DNA from: Schmidtea polychroa
Lineage: Eukaryota
Direction of reading: 5' to 3'
Assembly (NCBI GenBank): GCA_044892525.1
Contig: CM097887.1
Span: 31,992,001 to 32,056,000, forward strand
Length of the DNA stretch: 64,000 bases
Shown here: positions 25,370 through 37,775 of the stretch, in pieces
Position numbering within the stretch: position 1 is the stretch's first letter
Layout: every line of letters starts with the position of its first letter
Position numbers and translations under genes: made by a program
Notes under the pieces: generated by a model
Database searches by the model: none
What the model was told of the DNA's origin: nothing
What the model saw: the letters and a program-made list of their open reading frames with translations, nothing else

Positions 25370-26932
25370 TTGTTGAATTTCCTTTTTGTATTGTCGAATC
25401 GGTTGAGGTGGTATAAACGGGAACCGTAAGGAATTCGGTCCATTCGTCTTTCATTATTACTGAATCAGATTGCCTGGTTTCATTAGTATTATACATAGTT
25501 GGAACATAACTGTTGTGAGTCTCATATGAGTCTTTAGTTCTTATTTCAAAATTTAAAGCTTCCGATGGTTTTTTTTTATAGTCATTGAAGTTGTTATTGA
25601 AATACATATCATTAGAATTCCTAGATCTTATACTATCGATGGGATATAACATTTCGGTGTCATAATTTCTTTTTGTTTCTATGCGTTGATTTGTTGATTT
25701 TGACGTTTCAGTCGGTAGTTGTTGATATTCAAGCCATTCTTCTTTCATATTTACTGAACTTGGTCTGATGGGAGGTTTATAGTCATTATTAACCTTTAAG
25801 TTGACAAAATCTATTTCCGGTTTAGGTGAATGGATTTTCATTTCAACTGTCGATGATTCTGTAACATGGAGCCGTTCTTTTTCCATCGGTTTAACCGTGT
25901 TGTTGTATTCTTGAACTTTATCAATCGTGAAAATTAGATTTTTTTCCGGCTCTTTAATTTCAATCTCAGATGTTGAAGAGTGCATATTTTGTGGATGGTA
26001 TTCAGTCCATGTTTCATTCATTACAAATGAATTCGATCGAGATGATTTGTTATCGCCATTGACAGATGTGATATAATTTATATTCAAATTCATATGTTTT
26101 CCCATGTTATTTTCAATATGAAAATGGTCAACGGTGTCAGGAGGATTTTGTATATTTTCTGATTTACTGTCGTTTACTAAAATAAAATTCGAATCTTGAG
26201 ATTTTAAGTAATCGTTAACTTTCTCTAGCGATTCTTGTTCGGATTGAAATTTTGGTAATAATCTAAATTCATCATCAGTTGACTTGATAGACTTAATCTC
26301 CCAATGTTTCTCGTCTTTAACCGAGTGGACTGAACGGGTATCTTGGATAATATCATTTGGAGGTTTATGGTTCAATTCAACAGAAATAGTATCAAATTCT
26401 TTGTTATTTACCACTTTTAAATGATTTGAGCCATTTACATTTTCAGTCACTTTTCTCTCACTTTTAATGATAGTTTGAATATTATTTATTGTTTCCAATT
26501 TATTAATCTCTTCTAAATTGTCTTCATCAACAGCAGTTATCGCTACAGCCACAATTTGCTTTTGAATAGCAGAATCGTCTAATTTTATTATATGCTGCCC
26601 GTTCAATGCATTTATATTTGCATTATTTATCCCATGCCCAATATGCATTTCTTGGTGAGCTTCAATAAATGAACCGTTATCATAAAACTCAGTCTGATCC
26701 TTTATTGACTGGACTTTTTTGGTGATGGTAGATTCAATAATTTCCTCATTTTCAACCGAACCGTTTAAATATGTTGGTGATTTATTAATGATAACACTTT
26801 CAACGTTATTGTCATCAACTGGATGTATAGTTATATCTATAATTTTCTTATGAATCATTGTCTCATCTTCCTGAGTTCCATGATGTGTTTTTATAACGTT
26901 TTGAATTCGCCGCTGTTCAATTACTTCAGTCA
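25370..26932 (-). CDS. Large internal coding exon (1,563 nt, 521 codons, phase 1-1) of an unidentified host gene; low-complexity N/E/S/T/K-rich protein
   Basis: 548-aa open frame with a TTTTGTTTTAG acceptor at 26933-26934 and a GTAAAT donor at 25369. The resulting exon length is divisible by 3 with matching phases. The ORF-track GTG start is the splice acceptor, not a start codon. Confidence 0.8.
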
Positions 26933-27802
26933 CTAAAACAAAACGAAAATTGTATCATGCAATGTTAGACGTAAAAATTTGAATTAGTCAATAATTTATC
27001 CTATAATTAAAAAAAGATTTTGAATTTATGTTGATAAGATGGACAAATTCAACGCTAAGCAAACTCTGTAACATGGGGAAATACCTTCCAAGTGTTGTAA
27101 GATTATATCGCTATAGACCTGTGAAGATCAAAAGAATAATTAGATTGCAATTTCACTGATCATTAAAACAAATATTTTGTCTTGGTCAAATCATCAAAAT
27201 TGCTAGATAAAAAAATATAAATATTCTAAAAAGAATAAATTAACTTTTTTTTAAATTAAAAGTCGTCAAATAATTTTAAAAATTTTGAAATTAAAATTTA
27301 AAAAATCTTACTTTGAAAAATTCAAACTGTCAATATTGAAAATTTAAACTGATTTTTATGATTAAATAATATCTGGTATTAAAATGCTTGAATGCATGAG
27401 AAATGGCCATTAAACTGGTGTATTGCTTCATAAATACATAAAGATGAATTTTAATTAATAAAAACATATATTCCGTCAAGCCAATCAAAAAAGAAATTTA
27501 ATTAGATTTTGTTTTCATATTATATTGAAATTAATAGCTTTTTCACAACCCATTTTTAGATTAAAAGATTAAGGAATTGTTAACAATTCCATTTTCACTC
27601 GATGCAATTTATCTCTTTTGGAAAAATTCAACGAAAAATAATTAATCAAATTATAAATTCATTAATTTAATTTTCATTAATGACATTCAATTTAATTAAT
27701 TATATTAATAAAATTAATATTAATTAGTTTTGAATTGATTTTAATTACAACTATTTTTTCAATGAATATATTTTTTATTAATTTTAAAATTTATTATTAT
27801 AA

Positions 27803-27806
<4 letters not shown>

Positions 27807-27892
<86 letters not shown>
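27807..27892. repeat. (TA)43 microsatellite
   Basis: Uninterrupted TA dinucleotide run of 86 bp. Confidence 0.99.
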
Positions 27893-27895
<3 letters not shown>

Positions 27896-28059
27896 TTCAG
27901 ACATCAACAAACAATAAAAATAATTGATTCACTCCATTTGCGGAATTTCATTTATTTATTTCTATATTTCATATGGGTTGAAATATTATTATTTGAAATA
28001 TTCTATCAGCTTCTCGTAATTGTTGTCTTCTTTCGTCTTCTCTTCTGTATAAAAACACA

Positions 28060-28672
28060 GATGAAGACGACAGCGTTCCGCATTTGTCATTCCCTTGTTG
28101 GTTCTTGCTGCCATGCGTTTAATTGTACGATGGTTCCGTTCTATTATGCCGTTTCCTGTTAGCCGATAAGCACATCTAAACACACATTTCACACCCCATT
28201 TGCGACACAGTACTTTCATTTGTGTCGACCGAAATGATGTCGCATTATCAATCACCAGATCATCTGGGGAACCTCGTTTTCTAAAGATCTGTTTAAGAAT
28301 CTGTGTAAATGGCGTCTTCACTTCTTATTTCTCTCCACAGAGCGAAACGACCTAGTCCACAGTCAATCATAGTTAAATAAAGCTTACTTAGATAGTGTGT
28401 AACATACATAGCCAGTCTCTTTCACGTCTCCTTAACGTTTAACTCTCTATACTCCCATTTTACAAGTGACGGATCGATAGATTGACATTCTGAACATTCA
28501 CCAATTACAGCCTTTACATCCTCAAGTGTAACGCCCGGGGAAAGTTGCTTTGCAAAATACAACGTCTTCTTGGCACCGAAATGGTGCCGTCTATGACTTT
28601 CTTGTAACACTTGGCTCACAACAGCAACGGTGCTTGCAGTTGGTTCGACACACGAATTAACCCATATCAGTC
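28060..28672 (-). pseudogene. Gypsy element A: integrase (HHCC zinc finger + rve core), 3' half of a split pol
   Basis: QESHRRHHFGAKKTLYF...ECSECQSIDP (HHCC) and IFRKRGSPDDLVIDNATSFRS...WGV...AYRLTGNGIIERNHRTIKR (rve D..E); frameshifted. Confidence 0.9.
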
Positions 28673-28675
28673 ATA

Positions 28676-29052
28676 TTATAATTTTATCATAATTACAAGT
28701 CAAAACAGAACCTCAATTAGGTTTTGTTTTTACTCCCGTTATGGCGCCCTTAACGTCATGAAATAAAGTCTTTAAAAAACTATATAGCGATAATTTACTA
28801 TAGTAAATTATCGCTATAGTAAAAATGAAAAATCAAAAAAAATCAATAGTCAAAAGTCAATTATATAATTCAAGAGACAATTACCAGAAAATTTGCTATC
28901 TTACGAATTTTTCATCTGAAATTTCGCCCCCGATCTTCAGAAAATAATTCAAAATATATCTAGATATATCTATCAAACAAAACGAAGGATTGCGAAACAT
29001 TTTCTAAAGTAAAATTCCTCGGAAACTATTCGATACCAAACATTTTGGTACA
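28676..29052 (+). repeat. 5' LTR of element B (first about 12 bp missing)
   Basis: 4 substitutions and 1 indel versus 38971-39358 by manual comparison; ends GGTACA. Confidence 0.93.
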
Positions 29053-29207
29053 TCCTCCACTATAAGTTTTTTTTTCAGAATACTTATTATAGAAGTATAA
29101 AGGATAGTGACTCTTTTGACTGAACACAGTAAGCCATATCCTTGAACAATCTCAATTTTTTCTAGCACTGCAAACAATAAAAAACGAAGACATCAACAAA
29201 ACAAATA

Positions 29208-30383
29208 ATGGCATCAAACCAAACAAACCTCACAAATATTCCACAAACACCCAATAATGACGAAAACACACACATGATGGAAAATACGAATTACTACTAT
29301 AATCCAAACACCAGCACGGATAATACACACACCATAAACTCAGTAATTAACCCGAAAACAAACATACCAAACTATTTCAGCGATGAAAATGATACATCCC
29401 AAAAATGGCTTGAATTCGCAAAATTAATCCTAACCTTATCAGGAATAAAGTCGACGAAAGCACTATGCTCGAACATAATCGCCGCACTTCCAAGTAGCAA
29501 ACTGAACGAAATTGCTGACCAAATTGAAGAAATTTCAAAGAGCGAAGACCCGTTCAACAAACTTTGCAACGTTCTTACAAATAAAAACAAAATCAACAGG
29601 AGGCAAATGCTGGAATCATGCCTCAACAATACACAACTTGGCGACAATAAACCAACAGATTTTCCATCGCCAACTAAAACAAAAATTGGAGTACCTCCAA
29701 CCAAACATCACTAATTCGGGATCAAACGAATTAGTAAAAGAATTTCTCATGCGAGCAATGCCGCCAGAAATAAGACGTATTCTCGCAGCTAGTAACAATT
29801 CGGACGTAGAGAACTAGCAGACATAGCAGATAAAATCAATGAAGAAATTTATCCTACTATATGCAGCACACAAAATTACAACAAAAACAAAACAAATTAC
29901 AACAACCAATCAAACAACAAAAACACCGAACGAAATGAAACAACAAACCGACTAATAAACACTTTGATTAGCAAATTCGACGAAATAATTGTCGAAAACA
30001 GACAAATAAAAGCGGAACTAGCCGAAATAAAAGAGAAATACAATAGACAGAATACCAATCCAAACGAAAACAGAGACCTATACAACAGAAAAAATTTCAA
30101 CACAAACCAACTATCAGAGAATCATAACAGACAAAAGTATAACCAGTCATCAGACGGAAGCAACAGGCAGAACTACAGCTGCAGACAATCCCCAAACGGC
30201 CACTACAGAAACCGGTCAAACTTCCCGAACCGATACAACAATTACCGAAACAACAGCCCAGAAAAGGATTCAAGAAATGATTTCCTAAACAAAAACCACT
30301 GCTACTTTCATAACAAATTCGGCGACAAAGCATACAAATGCGTAAAACCCTGTGACTATCATAAAACAGAGCAGGAAAACTAA
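29208..30383 (+). pseudogene. gag of element B (frameshifted across three ORFs)
   Basis: ORFs 29208-29714, 29512-29817 and 29964-30383 contain LGDNKP, FLMRAMPPEIRRIL and the C-terminal CHCC zinc motif. Confidence 0.9.
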
Positions 30384-30900
30384 AAAAGTCATTAATGATA
30401 GCACCCACATTAGGTAACAAAAGCAATACATTTTTGGTGCACACAAATAACACAGAATTTCTAATAGACACCGGTTCGGTGATCTCATTACTGCCACAAT
30501 ATATGTATAAAAATACAAAAATTGCAGATAAACCTAGAGTTTGCAAAAAAACCGGTTTTTGCAAACCGCGGTTTTCGGTTTTTCAAATTTGAGAAACCGC
30601 GGTTTTCGGTTCGGTTTTCGGTTTCTAAAAAAGTAAAAGGAAATAAAAAGGCATAAGTATATTTATTGCTTTTTCAATAATATATTTCTATTTAAAAGTA
30701 TAATGTATTTCATACAAGAAATATATATAATAAAATCATAGCTGCAACATATAAAATAGTAATAATGTTGTTTAATAAATAATATAACAATATTCCTATT
30801 CTGTCGACAATGCAGATATGAATTTCTAATTCACTTACATTGTTCACAGAGAATATAAAATAACACAGATAATTAATAGTATTTTGTTTATACATATATA

Positions 30901-32417
30901 CTGTCCGACACTATTTTTAGCACAGTAAGAAATTTCGTTACAAAATCATGAATAATGTAATAAATGAAATAAATTTTGTATGATTGTAATTAATATAGTA
31001 ATACTTTTAATAATTATCACTACTTAGACATATATTATTTTTTGTTTAAATAATATTTGAATTCTTAGGTTTTTTAAAAATTAAAATACGACACAATTTT
31101 TAGCACACTTTATTTATACACACTAATACTTAACAATTATACAAATTTCCGTGATTACTCAGAACTTTACACAGTCTCAATCTTATTGATGCATAGAAAT
31201 CCAAAATTTTATGTCTCCTGGTACAGTTGATAAGAGATATGACATCCGTAATTTTTTTTTCTAAAACAGCTATGTTTAAGAACTGCGGTCCGTCATAAAC
31301 CATATCTGAAATCATCTTCCAGACATCCTCAACTATGTTCAAGTCTGGACTTCGTGACGGCCATGTAATCGTTGATATATTACTTGATTTCAGATAATCT
31401 TGGACAATCCGTGCTTTGTGTACTGTGCAATTGTCTTGCTGGAAGTAAAAATTCCTCTTTACGTTAACTTTCATTATTGGCACAGCAAAGGTCTTCAACA
31501 GGGTAATGTAATCGGTCGACTTAAATTTGCCAGTTATCATGTGGAAAGATAGAAGTCCGTTAGGAAGGATCATCAGCCAGACCATAATTCCACCTCCATG
31601 ACATTGCCGAATATTACGCACATATTTTGATGTTTTCGGAATATATGTCATCCAACAATCTGGTCCATCAAGTGTGAACCTTTTTTCGTCTGAGAATATA
31701 GTATTCTCCCAAATGTGATTGGTCGAAATCCATTCTGTTATCACTTTCATTCTTTCTTCCTTGTGTTTCTTAGATAGGATGATTTCGTGATAACTTTTTG
31801 CGTATTTCATACCAGCAAGCTGCATATACCTTTGTACTGTCCTTGTTGATACAGCTAGCCCACAATTTCTCTTGATCTTGGGCGAATTAACTTTTTCCTG
31901 TGCTCTCGTTATCCGTGCAGTTTCTCTTTTGATGGATAACGCGTCTGCTTTACTTATTTTTCTTCTGTTTCCACGTTTGCGTTTATGTAACACATATTTG
32001 TAGGTGACTAAATTCTTAACAGCATATCTAGACATGCCCAAAATGGTGCCAATTGCACCATAACTGTTACCTTCCTGTTTCATCTTTATAGCAACTTTCT
32101 TTAAATCTGGAGATCTCATAATCAATTCTAAAATTATTATAAACATTAAAATCATGTAAAGTAGTATAAAAAAATAGGTTAAAATTATTAATACTTAAAA
32201 ATCTTTAAAGTGTGCTAAAAATTGTGTCGTATTTTAATTTTTAAAAAACCTAAGAATTCAAATATTATTTATGCAAAAAATAATATATGTCTAAGTAGTG
32301 ATAATTATTAAAAGTATTACTATATTAATTACAATCATACAAAATTTATTTCATTTATTACATTATTCATGATTTTGTAACGAAATTTCTTACTGTGCTA
32401 AAAATAGTGTCGGGCAG
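30901..32417 (-). mobile_element. Complete Tc1-family transposon with about 210-bp IR-DR terminal repeats, TA target
   Basis: TIRs 30901-31112 and about 32206-32417 (few mismatches), each with two ACAC(T/A)ATTTTTAGCACA direct repeats. TATA flanks both ends, so the terminus may be 2 bp further out. Confidence 0.96.
31130..32119 (-). CDS. Tc1 transposase, DD34E, intact (329 aa from MRSPDL; ORF track starts at 32155)
   Basis: N-terminal HTH-like region, FSDEKRF, FQQDNCTVH, WPSRSPDLNIVE; 34 residues counted between the second D and the E. Confidence 0.95.
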   Translation of the reverse strand: MRSPDLKKVAIKMKQEGNSYGAIGTILGMSRYAVKNLVTYKYVLHKRKRGNRRKISKADALSIKRETARITRAQEKVNSPKIKRNCGLAVSTRTVQRYMQLAGMKYAKSYHEIILSKKHKEERMKVITEWISTNHIWENTIFSDEKRFTLDGPDCWMTYIPKTSKYVRNIRQCHGGGIMVWLMILPNGLLSFHMITGKFKSTDYITLLKTFAVPIMKVNVKRNFYFQQDNCTVHKARIVQDYLKSSNISTITWPSRSPDLNIVEDVWKMISDMVYDGPQFLNIAVLEKKITDVISLINCTRRHKILDFYASIRLRLCKVLSNHGNLYNC

Positions 32418-32582
32418 TATACTATAGTTCAGTAATATTAGTATATGTATGTAATCGTACATTTGTACAACTAATATAAATAAAAATTAAAATAAATAAA
32501 ATAGAAAATTTCATTTAGCTGTTATTGGAATACAATAACCAAAATTATATTGCATTATTGCAGATTTTTGTTATTTAGTTAA

Positions 32583-34415
32583 TTAAGAACTATTATTTAT
32601 TCGATAATGTTTCAAAAATACTAAAGAATTAAGCGAATAATCACTAAGGCGTGATCTTAATTTTCTACTAAAGTTCGAAGACGTGGAAAATATCCGCTCC
32701 GATTCTGTAGATGTTGGGCGTACTGTTAAAATAGCATCGTATAGTTGTTGAAGAACTGTTGTTCTTTTGCCTGTTTTCTTATATATAGCAAATTCATCTT
32801 TAAGAGAACTAAATGGCTTTGCAGCTACTTCTTTTGCAGCAGAATTAATAGCAGCATTTATTTCATCTGATAAAGATGTAAATGTAATATTCTGATCAGT
32901 TGGAGAATTGGTTTCACACAGAAATTCTTCACAATTATCGATTTGGTTTGGATACAACCTATTCAATAAACGAGTGCCAAAACTTAAATTTTCTTTTGTG
33001 GGTACAACTTGTTGAAGAAGGCATGACAACAAAGAACTCAATTCCCGATTCTGTCTTGAATTTAAGCGTGTTTTTATATTTTCTCGTAATTGGGTTAAAA
33101 TTATGTATGTATCTCCCGCACAATTCGATTCGATACCATCGAGCTTCTTTAACAGAAATATAATTGCACCTTTTGCTGTTGTTAGATTAGCATCTTTTCT
33201 TCCTAATGCAATTACAGTTAGTTCTAGTGGCTTCAATATACTACACAACAACTTAACTACATCAAAGTCTATCAATGAAATTAAATTTGTGGGGTTTAAA
33301 TCATTTAACACTTCCCTTATCGATTCGCTAATTTTTAGAAATTTTTCTAGCATGGGATGGATAGAGTTCCATCTGTGTTGAACATCTAATTCTAAATAAA
33401 GTTCATGACCTAGCTTATCCATAACGTTTTTTTGCAAAAGATCATTACGGACTGAGGACAATTTAAAAAAGCGAACGATAGCTCGTACTTTTTTTAGAGT
33501 TTCAGCTATTGAAATTCTCTCTCTAACTTCTTCAATGGTATTATCTTCGCTCAAATTAAAATCACAACTATCGCTACTAAATTCGTCTTCAGTATTATCA
33601 TCGTCCTCAGTATAGGATTCTTGATTTTCTTCACTATTTTGATTATCGTCAATTTTGGAATAAAATGTGTCGCACACTGCAAGGTGAAGACCATGATTCA
33701 AGCATAATTGGACTTCTGCTGGACATTCTCTTGCATATTTCACCATGACACTAGCCCCGTCATTGGACGTTGCAACAATGTCTTGCTCAAACGAAAGATG
33801 AAACATTTTTAAATGGTCAGACATAGTTGATATAATCTTGGCTGCGTTACAAGATCCAAAAATCCTGACTAATCCAAGATTCATTACTTTTCTTTCTTTA
33901 TTATGGGCATTGATGTTCATATAACGACGTTGTCGTGAGCTAACCCATTCGTCCAAAGTGATACTAAATTTCTCTCCCTTTTGTTTTTCTTGGTCAAAAA
34001 AGTTTATATACATTTTTTTCTTTTTCTCATATTCAAAATGAATAAGCGCCATTGTCCCATTTTCGCTTTTTGGTAATTGAAACCCCTTATCACTAACAGC
34101 CTTTCGAATAAAATTAGAATTTGTTATTCCACGAATAGTAAAACCATCTTTTGTGGCCAACTCGTCCACAATCTCACCAAGTGTTAGCTTTGGAACATAA
34201 TTGAAAATTGTTTTTTGTATTAACGCACTTGTGCTCGCAACAGCTGTTCTTTTGCAAGAAATTTTGTGGATATTTCGCATGTGGTTTATCATAGCAGAAG
34301 TCGATCCGTTCGAATTAGTTATTTCTACTCCACATTTATTACATTTTGCTTTATTGTCGGATTTGTTTGATGCTGGTATTTTTATAAAATATTCCCAAAC
34401 CGTTGATGACATCAT
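32583..34415 (-). CDS. hAT transposase, intact 610 aa
   Basis: BED finger (VWEYF...C..C...STSAMINHMRNIH), TLDEW, DGASVM, CLNHGLHL (CxxH), RWNS, and the dimerisation motif PTSTESERIFS. A probable 5'-UTR intron (GTGAGT about 34532 to TTTCAG about 34436). Confidence 0.96.
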   Translation of the reverse strand: MMSSTVWEYFIKIPASNKSDNKAKCNKCGVEITNSNGSTSAMINHMRNIHKISCKRTAVASTSALIQKTIFNYVPKLTLGEIVDELATKDGFTIRGITNSNFIRKAVSDKGFQLPKSENGTMALIHFEYEKKKKMYINFFDQEKQKGEKFSITLDEWVSSRQRRYMNINAHNKERKVMNLGLVRIFGSCNAAKIISTMSDHLKMFHLSFEQDIVATSNDGASVMVKYARECPAEVQLCLNHGLHLAVCDTFYSKIDDNQNSEENQESYTEDDDNTEDEFSSDSCDFNLSEDNTIEEVRERISIAETLKKVRAIVRFFKLSSVRNDLLQKNVMDKLGHELYLELDVQHRWNSIHPMLEKFLKISESIREVLNDLNPTNLISLIDFDVVKLLCSILKPLELTVIALGRKDANLTTAKGAIIFLLKKLDGIESNCAGDTYIILTQLRENIKTRLNSRQNRELSSLLSCLLQQVVPTKENLSFGTRLLNRLYPNQIDNCEEFLCETNSPTDQNITFTSLSDEINAAINSAAKEVAAKPFSSLKDEFAIYKKTGKRTTVLQQLYDAILTVRPTSTESERIFSTSSNFSRKLRSRLSDYSLNSLVFLKHYRINNSS

Positions 34416-35123
34416 TTGAGGGTTTATTTGGCCACTGAAAGTGTTTCAAAAATTTGTTTAGTAATAAAAATCTACGTATTATCTTAAAAGAATTATATAA
34501 GTACATATTCAAAATTTTAATTACCTACTCACCTATAGTTTTAAAACAATATATAATACGTATAAACAACCTATAATTTACATCAAATCATTCAATAAAT
34601 TCAACAAGAATCAAAATAATTATCCAATTATACAATCCAAGAAAGTAAATTAATGAATTATAAATTTTAATTTGTAATCAATTTTAAAGTTTTTACAAAT
34701 TTATTTGACAGCTATAATTTTATAGTGAGCATGGATTCTGACTGGTGGGCATGGATTCCGACTTACTATAAAGTAGGAAAAATTGCATACAATCAGGCAA
34801 AATTAATATTTTGAAAGAATTTTTTTATTTTACGTAGCTTTAAATGAAATATTTTTTGAAAACCGAAAACCGCGGTTTCTGCAGACGGTTTCCGGTTACG
34901 GTTTTTTGAGACGAAAACCGCGGTTTCGGTTTCCGGTTAACCGAACCGTGCAAACTCTAGATAAACCTTAACAGCAGCCAACGGAACAAGCATCAAAACA
35001 TTCGGACAACAAACACTAAATCTGAATATAAACAAAAAAAATTACAACTGGACATTTACAATAGCTGAAGTTCAACAAGCAATAATAGGAGCAGATTTCC
35101 TAACAAAATACAACCTCCTAGTG

Positions 35124-37767
35124 CCGTGGTCGCCAAATTTTAGTACCGAAGAGCACATTCCAAATTATCGATGGTGTAACGGGCACCATTTATTTTTTCA
35201 AGGTAAATTTATAGTGACTTTCAAATTAACATTTTAAAGGCCGGCATTTCGAAAATCAATACAAAAATGACGCCAATTCGAGTCATCGGCCATCAAAGTG
35301 TTAATAACGCAAATATTGTACAAAACAACATATTTAATTTAACGTATATTACCTTTATTCAATATAATTATATATTTATTAATCATTATGTATATCTATA
35401 ACTAACTAAAAATACAATACCAAACAACTTTTATTAAGTCAATGTGATTTTTGGCACTGAGTATCAGTGGCCAATGTCTCATAATTAGGGATGTAAGCTG
35501 ATATTCCAGTTCGTAGACAATCATCAAGATGCTCGTCGGTAATTCGAGATCTGTGTTTGGATTTTATTATATTCATTGTTGAAAACAACTATTCGCATAA
35601 ATATGTGGAACCGAAGAACAACTTTATTTTATATGCCGCAATTTTTAACAATGGAAACTTTTTTTGTCAAGTTCCAAAATTGTTCATCTGTTACATACGA
35701 TTTCAGCACAATATCATATTTAAGATTCAAAATCTCAAGTTCCAGATGCTCTGCTCTTTTTTCAATAAGTATTCCAATTGATGTTGCTAATGCTGTTACA
35801 TTTTCCTGGCTAGTAAATGGATTTACAAGAAAGATGACTATTGGTTCTATAATAGCAAACTGTTCAAATCTTTTTTCAAACTGTTCTTTCAGTGTTTCAA
35901 GATGAATAATAAATGATGACGGGTCAAAATTTCCATCACTTACCAGTTTAATCATATGTGGGAAATGCACGAGGGATTTAATTTTCAAATGAGATATCCA
36001 TAAATGCAGCTTCGATTTAAATGAATTGATAGCAAAATTGTTTTTCTTTTCCCTGCAGTTCTAAGTTTAAAGCGTTCAATTTGTTCATGATATTTGTGAG
36101 GAATCCAAAATCTAATAACCAGGAAGGATCTTGCAATTCATCAAAGTGTTGATTTTTAGATTCGAGGAATTTTTTTATTTCATCTATCAAAAATCTTGTA
36201 AGCACTTTGCTTTTACTGAGCCATCGTACCTCTGCATGCAAGATAAGATCGGAATGCTCATCTTCAGTACCTTCCAGTAAGGCTCTGAACAGTCGGTGTT
36301 GTAAAGGCGCTGCTCGAATAGAGTCAACAATTTTCATTACGATCTTCATAATGTGAAAAAAATGAAAGTATTTTACTGCACAATACTTCCTGATGGATAA
36401 TACAATGGTACGCTATAAAATAAGGAAAGCATTTATCTTTCTTCCACAGGACGACAAATCCGTTGATACTACCCACCATTATTGGTGCCCCATCAGTGGT
36501 GATAACAGATAGCTTGTGGAGATGTATATCTATTGAATCTGCAAATGTTTTGAATATGTTGAAGATATCCAGATCTGATGTTCGTCCTTGCATTGGTAAT
36601 ATTTTCAACAGCTCTTCTTTTATAGTGAAGTCATTAAAAACCATTCTCACCATCACTGCCAACTGTGCTGTATCTGATATGTCAGATGACTCGTCAAATT
36701 GCAATGCAAACCAATCACATATTTCTAAGTCATTTTTTAGTTGAGTTTGCATGTCTGTTGAAATTGCATGTATTCTTCTTATAACCGTATTGCCTGACAA
36801 CTGTAAATCTTGTATTGCTGACATAATTTCAGGCTTGTTTGAAAGTCTCTCAAATAAGCACTCAGCGCCAGCAAGAAATGCTTCTTTTATCAGCTCACCG
36901 TCTTGGTATGGTTTTTTCTTCTTTGCGAGCACGTGGAAAATTTTTAAAGAAGCAATGGTGGCATTTTTAGATTTTACCAAATGTCGAGTGAAAATCGATT
37001 GCTGGCCAGATAAATTTAATTTAAAGTCTCTAATTTTGTTCTTTCTAATTTCTGATTTAGCTGGATAATTAGTATCAAAAGTGCTATGGTTAAAATAGAA
37101 GTGACGTTCAACATTATGTTTTTTTGCCACTGCAACTGTACTAACGCACAATAAACAAACAACTTTATCTTTAATACTGACAAAACAATAGGATTCATCC
37201 CAATCTGTGTTAAAATTATACGTTCGTTGTCTTTTACTTGCACTCATTTTAGAATTAAAAATTTTTTTCACTTTTGACTTTATAACCTTTCAACTGAATG
37301 ATCAGAGAAATAATAAATTACAATTTGATACATAAATTTAATCTAATTTAAAAACAATAAACAATTAGTGGTCTTGCAAGTGTACAGAAAAATAACCAAT
37401 TTAAAATCAAAAAAGAGGCGAGTATCATTATGAAAACAAAAGATTAAATAAAGAAAATATATAAACACAAATTACAAATAAACCACTTTTTTGGATGAAG
37501 GAGTTGACCATAAAATTAATTTAATGGTTTTTAAGGATAGATAATTTTTTTTAACCATATTTTTATAAACAACGAGGAAAGAAAAATTATAAAAATATGC
37601 TTATTATTATCTTAAAATTGCAAAATATATCGATTTTAATTTTTTTTAAAATTAAAAAATTCGATCAAATTTCAATTATTTTGATTTATTTACTTTTTTT
37701 CTGGTAGCACACATAAAACAGCTGCCGGGAGCCATGGCACCCGCGGGCACAGGGTTGTCGACCACTG
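35124..37767 (-). mobile_element. hAT transposon hAT-2 (SPIN/Buster, GTF2IRD2-like) with frameshifted transposase
   Basis: TIRs CCGTGGTCGCCAA / TTGTCGACCACTG; 8-bp TSD TCCTAGTG (35116-35123, 37768-37775). ORFs 36324-37271, 36017-36349 and 35629-35988 give CLLC..KKHNVERH, LQFDESSD, ITTDGAP, HCIIHQE, EVRWLS. Confidence 0.95.
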
Positions 37768-37775
37768 TCCTAGTG

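Larger units (their letters stand above)
30535..34959 (-). mobile_element. Structurally complete hAT transposon (hAT-1), Ac-like organisation
   Basis: 11-bp TIRs TAGAGTTTGCA / TGCAAACTCTA; 8-bp TSD GATAAACC (30527-30534, 34960-34967); clustered subterminal AAACCG/CGGTTT repeats at both ends; intact transposase. Confidence 0.96.
30395..35123 (+). pseudogene. Aspartic protease of element B, split (30395-30534 joined to 34968-35123)
   Basis: FLIDTGSVISLLP...ADKP | LTAANGTSIKTFG...AIIGADFLTKYNLLV; the frame rejoins across the GATAAACC TSD. Confidence 0.9.

Noticed and set aside
27735-27917. 60-aa ORF with YIYIYI repeats
   Set aside because: Artefact of the (TA)43 microsatellite.
29046-29060. 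TGGTACATCC as a primer-binding site
   Set aside because: TTTTGGTACA is present in both LTRs and supplies the TACA terminus complementary to TGTA, so it is LTR sequence. I also recognise no tRNA 3' end that matches.
30395-30592. 65-aa ORF as an independent gene
   Set aside because: It is the Gypsy protease start reading into the hAT-1 terminus.
32900-37068. Plus-strand ORFs overlapping the hAT transposases (32900, 33103, 34201, 35557, 35576, 36463, 36751)
   Set aside because: Antisense shadow frames of real transposase genes with no independent motifs.
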